A stretch of 64,000 nt of DNA. Origin: Eledone cirrhosa. Its lineage: Eukaryota. The stretch lies in the NCBI GenBank assembly GCA_964016885.1, contig OZ024742.1, positions 212,474,001-212,538,000 on the forward strand, written 5' to 3'. A program made the position numbers and the translations under genes. A model generated the notes under the pieces. It made no database searches, was not told where the DNA came from, and worked only from the letters and a program-made list of their open reading frames with translations. Shown piece after piece: positions 54,999-64,000 of the stretch. The stretch's first letter is position 1. Each line of letters opens with the position of its first letter.

Positions 54999-56755
54999 AT
55001 GTACCTAGCTAAAAGTAAACCCCTCTACTTAGCTTTTGTCGACTTGGAGAAAGCCTTTGACAGAGTCCCCCGTTCCATTATCTGGTGGGCTCTTAGAAAA
55101 CTAGGTGTTGACGAATGGCTTGTGAGAGCTATACAAGCCATGTATAAAGAAACAGTCAGCAAGGTTAGAATTAACAACGAATATAGTGAAGAGTTTAGCA
55201 TAAAAGTTGGCGTCCATCAGGGCTCTGTTCTCAGCCCCCTACTATTTATTATTGCCCTTCAGGCTATAACAGAGGAGTTCAAGACCGGCTGCCCATGGGA
55301 ACTCCTATACGCAGATGACCTAACACTCATAGCTGAATCAATGGCCGAGCTAGAGAAGAAATTCCAAGCATGGAAGCACGGCCTAGAATCAAAAGGCCTT
55401 AAAATTAACCTGGCTAAGACTAAAGTTCTAGTTTGTAAGAAAGAAAATAAGGCGGCGGTCCCTTCCGGGAAGTGGCCATGCTCAGTGTGTAGGAAAGGCG
55501 TAGGTAGAAACTCCATTTTGTGTCCCAAATGCAAAGTATGGGTGCATAAAAGATGTAGGTGGATCACAGGTAAGCTAACTAAGAACATAGATTTTACATG
55601 TGGCCGGTGCTCTGGTGCAATAAGTAGCAGCAAGTGCCCACAGAATACTAGCGCTTTCAACTGCGCAGAGGGTTCTATAGAAATAGTGGACAGCTTCCGT
55701 TACCTGGGTGACAAAATCAGCAGTGGGGGAGGGTGCTCTGAAAGTACAGTAGCTAGAGTCAGAACTGGATGGAAAAAGTTCAGAGAGCTTATACCACTAT
55801 TAGCCACTAAAGAGTTCTCCCTAAAAATGAAAGGCAGATTGTATGATGCCTGCATACAAACAGCAATGTTGCATGGCAGTGAAACCTGGGCATTGTGTGC
55901 AGAGGATATACGCAGACTAGAGAGGAACGAAGCTTGCATGCTCCACTGGATGTGTAATAGTAATATACGTGAACGGCAAAGCATAAACGAACTAAGGAAA
56001 AAATTAGAAATAAGAGGGATCAGATGTTGTTTACTCGAGAGAAGGTTACGTTCGTATGGTCACGTGATGCACATGAAAGACGATAGCTGTATAACAAAGT
56101 GCAGGGCAATAAAGATAGACGGTAGCCACGGAGTAGGCAGACCCAGAAAAACCTGGGACGAGCTGATAAATTCCGACCTCACACACTTACACCTCTCCAA
56201 GACAATGTCACTGGACCGAGACCTTTGGCAGTACTCAGTAATAGAGAAGACCCGCCTTACCTAAATACAAAGTAAAACCTACTACAGTCAGTAGGCATCT
56301 CTAACAAAATACACCCCCTTCCCACCACACCCACCCCATCCGCACCGCCCCTTTCAATGTAAAGTTATGTTGGTGCCACAACATCCAGGCCGAAACAAAT
56401 GAGGTCGTGTAGGTGTCACGACAAAAAAACACACAGTCCACGCTGTAATGTGGCCGTGTAGGCAACACGGTAAAAACCTCCCAGCCCCACACTGTAAATG
56501 TGGTTGGTGTTAGGAAGGGCATCCAACTGTAGAAAACCCGCCAGACAGTCCACGCTGTAATGTGGCCGTGTAGGCAACACGGTAAAAACCTCCCAGCCCC
56601 ACACTGTAAATGTGGTTGGTGTTAGGAAGGGCATCCAACTGTAGAAAACCCGCCAGACAGTCCTATGCGAGCAAGACAATCACTCTTGCCTCAAGTGGGA
56701 AAACTCCCGTCCAAACCCATGCAAGCGTGGAACACGGACGTTAAACGATGATGAT
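54999..56755 (+). mobile_element. RTE subfamily A 3' half
   Basis: 421-aa open RT, PHD and C-terminus. A UTR segment is tandemly duplicated at about 56433-56660. Confidence 0.92.
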
Positions 56756-57168
56756 ATATATATATACAAATATATATCATCATCATCATCAACGTTTAAC
56801 GTCCGTGTTCCACGCTTGCATGGGCCTGGACGGGGGTAGTCCCACTTGAGGCAAGAGTGATTGTCTTGCTCGCATAGGACTGTCTGGCAGGTTTTCTACA
56901 GTTGGATGCCCTTCCTAACACCAACCACATTTACAGTGTGGGTCTGGGAGGTTTTTACCGTGTTGCCTACACGGCCACATTACAGCGTGGACTGTGTGTT
57001 TTTTTGTCGTGACACCTACACGATCTCATTTGTTTCGGCCTCGATGGCGCGGCACCAACATAACTTTACATAGAACGGGGTGGTGTGGATGGGGTGGGGG
57101 CGGGGGTGGTGGGACGGGGTGTATTTTGTTAGAGATGCCTACTGGCTGGAGTAGGTTTTACTATATAT

Positions 57169-60100
57169 TTAGGTAAGGCGGGTCTTCTCTGTTACTGAGT
57201 ACCGCCAAAGGTCTCGGTCCAGTGACATTGTCTTGGAGAGGTGTAAGTGTGTGATGTCGGAGTTTATCAGCTCGTCCCAGGTTTTTCTAGGTCTGCCTAT
57301 TCCGTGACTACCGTCTATCTTTATTGCCCTGCACTTTGTTATACAGCTATCGACTTTCATGCGCATCACGTGTCCATACCAACGTAGCCTTCTCTCGAGT
57401 AAACAACATCTGATCCCTCTTATCTCTAATTTTTTCCTTAGTTCGTTTATGCTTTGCCGTTCACGTATATTACTGTTACACATCCAGCGGAGCATGCAAG
57501 CTTCGTTCCTCTCTAGTCTGCGTATATCCTCTGCACACAATGCCCAGGTCTCACTGCCATGCAGCATTGCTGTTCGTATGGAGGCATCGTACAACCTGCC
57601 TTTCATTTTTAGTGAGAACCCTTTAGCAGCTAATAGTGGTATAAGCTCTCTGAACTTTTTCCAACCAGTTCTGACTCTAGCTACAGTACTTTCAGAGCAC
57701 CCTCCCCCACTGCTGATTTTATCGCCCAGGTAACGGAAGCTGTCCACTATTTCTATAGAACCCTCTGCGCAATTGAAAGAGCTAGTAGTTTGTGGGCACT
57801 TGCTGCTACTTATTGCACCAGAGCACCGGCCACATGTAAAATCTATGTTCTTAGTTAGCTTACCTGTGATCCCACTACATCTTTTATGCACCCATACTTT
57901 GCATTTAGGACATAAAATGGAGTTTCTACCTACGCCTTTCCTACACACCGAGCACGACCATTTCCCAGAAGGGACCGCCGCCTTGTTTTCTTTCCTACAA
58001 ACTAGTACTTTGGTCTTAGCCAGGTTAATTTTAAGTCCTTTTGACTCTAGGCCGTGCTTCCATGTTTGGAATTTCTTCTCTAGCTCGGCCATTGATTCCG
58101 CTATGAGTGTCAGGTCGTCTGCGTATAGGAGTTCCCATGGGCAGCCTGTCTTGAACTCCTCTGTTATAGCCTGAAGGGAAATAATAAATAGTAGTGGGCT
58201 GAGAACAGAGCCCTGATGGACGCCAACTTTTACGCTAAACTCTTCACTATATTCGTTGTTAATTCTAACCTTGCTGACTGTTTCTTTATACATGGCTTGT
58301 ATAGCTCTCACAAGCCATTCGTCAACGCCTAGTTTTCTAAGAGCCCACCAGATAATGGAGCGGGGGACTCTGTCGAAGGCTTTCTCCAAGTCGACAAAAG
58401 CTAAGTAGAGGGGTTTACCTTTAGCTAGGTACTTCTCCTGTAGTTGTCGTACTATGAAAAGAGCGTCTGTGGTACTTTTGCCTGACACAAACCCGAACTG
58501 CATTTCATCTAGGTCAATTCTCTCTCTGATTAGTTGCGCTATTACTTTTTCCGTGACCTTCATGACCTGGTCGATTAATTTAATGCCTCTATAGTTACTC
58601 CTATCTAGGGCGTCTCCTTTACCCTTATAACAGTTAACGATGATGCTGCTATGCCAGTCCTTCGGAACAACCCCATTCTGTACGACTTGGTTAACTATGC
58701 GGGTGACCATGGTGTGTCCCACCGTGCCAGATGCCTTCAGCATCTCAGCAACTATTTCCGAAGGCCCAGCCGCCTTACCCGTCTTCATATCCTTGATTGC
58801 CTTACTTATTATACTCCCCTCGACTAACACTGCTGGTCCCTCTATTGGGTCGATATGGGGGAGACTGCCTTTCTCCCAATTATTCTCCTCATTTAGTAGC
58901 CTTTCATAGTGACACTTCCAAGCTACCTTCTTATCAGCGTCGGTGATGGCAAGTGTGCCATCGTCGTTTAGTACACACTTCTCCCCGACAATATCACGGT
59001 TTTCCTTGACGCATTGCCTAGCAATCCTGAACACCTCACGTTTTTGGTCATCGCGTTGTAGAACATGCTTGAACTTTCTTTCCTCAGCTTCCCTTCTTGC
59101 TAAGTACACTTGTCTCCTAGCTTCCCTCCTGGCCACTTGATAGTCCTCTCTACTTCCCCCATCCCGCCATACTTTCCAAGCCTGCTTTTTGGCCTTAATT
59201 GACCCCTCCACCTTACTGTTCCACCACCATGTTACTCTCCTCCTGCCTACAGGCCTGCTCCAGCCACAGACTTCGTCTGTCGCCAACAGCAGGTTTGCTT
59301 TCAGAAATTCCCACTCTCCCTCTATATTGTCCGACTCTAAATGTTCTTCCTTACTGTCGAAAGCATCAAGTAATATGCTTTGAAATTTATTCCTGGCTGT
59401 GGGGTCCTTTAGCTTCCATATTTTCCTCCTGAGGATAGTCCTCTTCTGTTGTCGAGTACGTCTCGTCCTGACTATGAGGTCGCTAATTATCAGTCTATGT
59501 TGGGAGGTGCATTCTTCATGGGGGAGGGATTTAGTGTTAACAACAGACACTCTGTCACGTCTTCTGGTAAGGATATAATCTACCTGGCTTGTGTGTTCCC
59601 CGGATCTATAGGTGATCAGGTGATTGTCACGTTTTTTGAAGTTAGTGTTACAGATAGTTAGGTTATTTGCATCACAGAATTCAAGGATTCTGGAGCCTTC
59701 CTCATTTCTAGTACCAAACCCATAGCCTCCATGGATTTCGTCGTAGCCGTCACAATGTTGTCCAACGTGACCATTTAGGTCGCCTGCGATAATTATATAG
59801 TCACTGTCGGATATTTGGGAGGTAGTTAGCATCAGTGTCTCATAGAATCTGTCTTTTATAGTGCCGGGTAGTCCGGATTGGGGTGCGTACGCAGATATTA
59901 CTGTCACCGTAGTTCTATTGAGGACAAGTCGTATTTTAATTATTCTGTCGTTCACTCTATTTACGTCTATTATCTTATCTGCTACCATGATTCCTACTCC
60001 ACCCAGCCCATCGTCGTTTCCCACCCAGAAAAGCTTATAACATCGTTTTTTACCCTCAATGAACCTAGCAGACCCACCCCTCCACCTGGTCTCTTGAATA

Positions 60101-60327
60101 CAACAAACATCGACCTCCTTACGTTCAAGCATTTCTACAACCTCGTTAGCGCGACCCTTTAGGGTGCCTACATTTATGGTACCAACTCTGAAGTTTTGGA
60201 TTGCGTTTGGGGGTTGGGGGCGGTGAGGGGTGGGGGGCGATGGGGTTATGTTAGCCGTCCGCGGTCGAAACAATGAGGAGTGCTCGCATTCTCGTCCAAG
60301 AGGTGAATTTGTCTTTATCTTTGGCAT
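57169..60327 (-). CDS. RTE ORF (1052 aa): APE endonuclease, reverse transcriptase and internal PHD finger
   Basis: GTINV, IQETRW, AGDLNGH, VDYIL and SQH (endonuclease); [17 protein letters not shown] and YADD (RT); C4HC3 motif at 57823-57954. Confidence 0.95.
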   Translation of the reverse strand: MPKIKTNSPLGRECEHSSLFRPRTANITPSPPTPHRPQPPNAIQNFRVGTINVGTLKGRANEVVEMLERKEVDVCCIQETRWRGGSARFIEGKKRCYKLFWVGNDDGLGGVGIMVADKIIDVNRVNDRIIKIRLVLNRTTVTVISAYAPQSGLPGTIKDRFYETLMLTTSQISDSDYIIIAGDLNGHVGQHCDGYDEIHGGYGFGTRNEEGSRILEFCDANNLTICNTNFKKRDNHLITYRSGEHTSQVDYILTRRRDRVSVVNTKSLPHEECTSQHRLIISDLIVRTRRTRQQKRTILRRKIWKLKDPTARNKFQSILLDAFDSKEEHLESDNIEGEWEFLKANLLLATDEVCGWSRPVGRRRVTWWWNSKVEGSIKAKKQAWKVWRDGGSREDYQVARREARRQVYLARREAEERKFKHVLQRDDQKREVFRIARQCVKENRDIVGEKCVLNDDGTLAITDADKKVAWKCHYERLLNEENNWEKGSLPHIDPIEGPAVLVEGSIISKAIKDMKTGKAAGPSEIVAEMLKASGTVGHTMVTRIVNQVVQNGVVPKDWHSSIIVNCYKGKGDALDRSNYRGIKLIDQVMKVTEKVIAQLIRERIDLDEMQFGFVSGKSTTDALFIVRQLQEKYLAKGKPLYLAFVDLEKAFDRVPRSIIWWALRKLGVDEWLVRAIQAMYKETVSKVRINNEYSEEFSVKVGVHQGSVLSPLLFIISLQAITEEFKTGCPWELLYADDLTLIAESMAELEKKFQTWKHGLESKGLKINLAKTKVLVCRKENKAAVPSGKWSCSVCRKGVGRNSILCPKCKVWVHKRCSGITGKLTKNIDFTCGRCSGAISSSKCPQTTSSFNCAEGSIEIVDSFRYLGDKISSGGGCSESTVARVRTGWKKFRELIPLLAAKGFSLKMKGRLYDASIRTAMLHGSETWALCAEDIRRLERNEACMLRWMCNSNIRERQSINELRKKLEIRGIRCCLLERRLRWYGHVMRMKVDSCITKCRAIKIDGSHGIGRPRKTWDELINSDITHLHLSKTMSLDRDLWRYSVTEKTRLT

Positions 60328-60439
60328 TGTCGCTGAGCGTCCAGATTTTTCTCTCTCTCACCTCCACTCTCCAGGATTCCGCAGTCCATCCATCCATCCA
60401 TCATATATCGAAAGGCAACCAGGCAAGCGATAGTATAGG

Positions 60440-60536
60440 CCTCTGGTTTCTGATTGGTCCGCGTAATAATACTGGTGATGCGTGGGGGCTCTGTTTTATG
60501 ATTGGTCCACGTAATAGCAATGGTGGTGCGTGGGGG
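60440..60536. promoter_or_regulatory. 48-bp tandem pair of CCAAT-containing motifs in the RTE 5' region
   Basis: ATTGGTCCGCGT at 60453-60464 and ATTGGTCCACGT at 60501-60512. Confidence 0.4.
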
Positions 60537-61173
60537 TGGGAGGGAGGGGTGTTGGGTAGCTAGCAAGAAGGTAATGATTGAATGGGGTCCTTGCATTTAA
60601 CAAGCGATTAACAAAAATACAAAATTTGTTCTGTTAAATACGCCCAAAAACTTTCGTATTTAAACAATTAATAGAAACAGAAAATGTAGTTTGTTTTAGC
60701 GATAGATTGGCTATTTGGACTTGATACGAAATATGGATTGTTTTGAAAATACGCTAGAATTAAGATTTGTGGAGGGAGAGAAATGAAAACTGTACATTAC
60801 GTTTACATGAATATCGTGGGTGGACAGCAAGCAATGAAATTTGGCGAAGTGAATTCCTATCATATATATATATATATAGAGAGAGAGAGTGAGAGAGAGC
60901 GAGGGGGGGGGGGGGCACATGATGGCTGTGGGTGTTAGGCGTTTGACCGCCCCGTGCCTTCGAAGAAGGAAGAAGGAAAGGATTTTGTTTTTTTTTGTTT
61001 TGAAGATACGCTAGAATTAGGGATTGAGGTTTGAAAATACGTTAGGAATTAAGGTTTGAAAATAGCTAGCAAGAAGGTAATGATTGAATGGGGTCCTTGC
61101 ATTTAACAAGCGATTAACAAAAATACAAAATATATATACAAATATATATATATACAAATATATATATATATAC

Positions 61174-61348
61174 AAATATGATCAACACTAATGTGTTTTT
61201 TTTTGCAAAATGAAAAAAAAAAAAAATTATTGTCATTTTGCAAAAAAAAAAATGCATTAGTGTTGATCATATTTTTTTAAATTGTAATGTAATGCTCAGA
61301 AGTATTTTCTTAGAGCTTAATATTTGTAATTGACTACTAAACTGAAAT
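61174..61348. repeat. Small fold-back element (palindrome at 61174-61274 plus tail)
   Basis: aaatatgatcaacactaatg..gcaaaatga pairs with tcattttgc..cattagtgttgatcatattt, flanked by TA tracts. Confidence 0.55.
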
Positions 61349-61403
61349 ATATACAAATATATATATATATATATACAAATATATATATATACATACAAAT
61401 AGA

Positions 61404-61660
61404 TTTTGAGTTTATGTTGGTTGTATACCAACACCTCAGTATGCAGGCTGGAGCACTCGACGAAGTGTGCAGGTTGGTTTGGTTACTCCGGAGTAGTGTA
61501 AAATAAAGTTAAATAAGAGTCAAATGATTAAAATTTAGCTTCGTTTATTACTGCTATATATATTTCAGTGACAGCCAAAGATGGCTGTCACTGAAATATA
61601 TATAGCAGTAATAAACGAAGCTAAATTTTAATCATTTGACTTTTATTTAACTTAATTTTA
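61404..61660. mobile_element. H1 fold-back element, third copy, pivoting on the hammerhead stem II loop
   Basis: Palindrome 61499-61660 is centred on cagtgacagcc-aaagat-ggctgtcactg. The CTGAAGA core is absent. Confidence 0.85.
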
Positions 61661-61735
61661 TATACAAATATACAAATATATATATATATATATACAAATA
61701 TATATATATATATATACAAATATATATATACAAAT

Positions 61736-62441
61736 ATATACGTGAACGGCAAAGCATAAACGAACTAAGGAAAAAATTAGAAATAAGAGGGATCAGATGT
61801 TGTTTACTCGAGAGAAGGCTACGTTGGTATGGACACGTGATGCGCATGAAAGTCGATAGCTGTATAACAAAGTGCAGGGCAATAAAGATAGACGGTAGCC
61901 ACGGAATAGGCAGACCTAGAAAAACCTGGGACGAGCTGATAAACTCTGACCTCACATACTTACACCTCTCCAAGACAATGTCACTGGACCGAGACCTTTG
62001 GCGGTACTCAGTAACAGAGAAGACCCGCCTTACCTAAATACATAGTAAAACCTACTACAACCAGTAGGCATCTCTAACAAAATACCCCCCCCCCCCCGTC
62101 CCACCACCCCCACCCCATCCACGCCACCCCGTTCTATGTAAAGTTGTGTTGGTGCCACACCATCCAGGCCGAAACAAATGGGATCGTGTAGGTGTCACGA
62201 CAAAAAAACACACAGTCCACGCTGTAATGTGGCCGTGTAGGCAACACAGTAAAAACCTCCCAGACCCACACTGTAAATGTGGTTGGTGTTAGGAAGGGCA
62301 TCCAACTGTAGAAAACCTGCCAGACAGTCCTATGCGAGCAAGACAAATTACTCTTGCCTCAAGTGGGACTACCCCCGTCCAAACCCATGCAAGCGTGGAA
62401 CACGGACGTTAAACGTTGATGATGATGATGATGATGATGAT
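61736..62441 (+). mobile_element. RTE subfamily A 3' fragment
   Basis: ORF 61837-62037 and UTR match subfamily A. (GAT)n tail. Confidence 0.9.
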
Positions 62442-62473
62442 ATATATATATACACAAATATATATATATATAT

Positions 62474-62508
<35 letters not shown>

Positions 62509-62591
62509 AATATATATATATATACAAATATATATATATATATATATACAAATATATATATACAAATATATATATATATATACAAATATAT

Positions 62592-64000
62592 ATTCTCTTT
62601 TACCTGTTTCAGCCATCCGGCTGAGGCCATGCTGGGGCACCGCCCTTGTTGCTACACATTTTATCTCCAGCCTGTATAGGTTGGCCACTGGTGTAGGAGG
62701 GAGTTTGTTGCTGCTGCCCTTAGGTTTCCCTCGTGTCTTGCTGTGGGCTCATCCGGGATCCTGGATAACAAGGTGTCGAGATGTTTCTTAAAGACATCCA
62801 CCTCCACGTCATGCAAGTCTCGCAGATGCCTCGGCAGCCTGTTGAAGAGTTGAGGGCCCTTGAATCCCAGGCTATTGCAATACCTGCTCCTTATTCTAGA
62901 TGTGGAAGACGGGACCTTTGGCACCACACAGTGACGTCCTGTTCGACGGTTGGTCCAGCTCCCAATGCCAAAGTTTGGTGCTAGTCCCTCCAGGATTTTC
63001 CACATGTAGATCACTGCGTATCTCTCCCGTCTTTGCTCCAAGGAGTAGAGGTTCAGTTCCTTCAGCCTCTCCCAGTAGCTTGTCTCCCTCATCTTGGCAA
63101 TCCTCTTGGTGTAGCTTCGCTGGATTGCCTCAAGCTCTGTGGTTAGTTTGACACTATGGGGTGACCACAGCTGGGAGCAGTAGTCCAGGCGGCTTAGGAC
63201 AAAAGTCCTCCACAGTGTCAACATGGTGTCTCGATCTCTTGTAAGGAAAGTCCTCAAGATCCAGCCAGCGAATCGTCTACATACTGTTGCCACCTTCATG
63301 ATGTGTGAAGAAAAAGATGCATCATCGCTCATGTCTATGCCCAGGTCTCGTATCGATTTTGACACGGGGATATCGGTCCCTCCTGGTCCTGTGTAGCTGT
63401 GTTCCGCTATATTTGTGTTTGTGTTTGCAGGTTTGTATTGTAGGGCTTGGAATTTGCCAGCATTAAACTGCATGTTGTTTTCTTCCGCCCATCTGTATAT
63501 GGCATCCAGATCCTGCTGTAAGAGAGCAGCGTCAGCCGGGTTTTTGATTGCCTGTGCTACCTTAGTGTCATCAGCATAGCTAGTGAGGGATGTTGTTGCA
63601 TGCACCACAGAGGGCATGTCCGAGAGAGCCACCAAAAACAGTAGTGGTCCCAGGACTGTCCCCTGAGGCACCCCACTTGTTATCGGTGTTTCCCTCGAGA
63701 GGGCCCCATTTGCTGCGACTGCCTGGCTTCTGTCCCTTAGGAAGCCATGCAGCCACTCACCTACTTTTCCAGTTATGCCGAGTCCGTGTAGTTTGTGACA
63801 TATCATTCCGTGGTCGACCTTGTCAAAGGCCTTCGCAAAGTCAAGATATATCACGTCTACATGTGAGCTGTCTAGTAGTTGTCTCAGTACCCAGTCGTAG
63901 TGATGTAGCAGCTGTGTAAGGCAGCTTCTTCCTGGGCGGAAGCCATGTTGCGTGCTAGTCAGGCGGTCATTTTCTTCGAGGAAAGTGATTAGTTTCTTTC
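62592..64000 (-). mobile_element. CR1/Jockey-group LINE, 3' part with open RT (continues beyond the window)
   Basis: ORF 62661-63854 extends to the window edge: QHGF, YLDFAKAFDKVDH, GVPQGTVLGP, YADDTK. Short UTR ending GCTGAAACAGGTAAAAGAG. Confidence 0.9.

Larger units (their letters stand above)
56776..61131 (-). mobile_element. Apparently full-length RTE-clade LINE, subfamily A
   Basis: Single long ORF, 3' UTR ending GGACGTTAAACG..(GAT)n, and a repeat-containing 5' region. ATATATATACAAATATATAT occurs on both flanks (56758-56777 and 61130-61149), but inside microsatellite, so it is not a diagnostic target-site duplication. Confidence 0.9.

Noticed and set aside
57359-60162. Recurrent antisense ORFs over RTE copies
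   Set aside because: They recur only because the LINE copies are homologous, and show no independent coding signal.

Overview
Eukaryotic, AT-rich, microsatellite-dense genomic DNA, most likely octopus or another coleoid cephalopod (inferred from the SINE and RTE repeat families, not proven). The whole window lies inside a minus-strand calcineurin A (PP2B catalytic subunit) gene. Four exons with consistent splice phases are read directly (44855-44932, 42844-42938, 28235-28360, 22754-22831); the gene's 5' exons and its calmodulin-binding exon were not found in the window. The introns hold many RTE-clade LINEs, including one apparently full-length copy with an open 1052-aa ORF and a PHD finger inside the RT region. 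They also hold CR1-like LINEs, tRNA-derived SINEs, mariner and pogo remnants and a Naiad-like Penelope element. The most striking unexplained structure is a set of short non-coding elements embedded in (TA)n tracts. They carry minimal hammerhead ribozymes and are arranged as fold-back palindromes, some pivoting on the ribozyme's own stem II. Three divergent variants share a C-C mismatch at the same stem II position. All coordinates and pairings were read by eye; no folding, alignment or database search was run.
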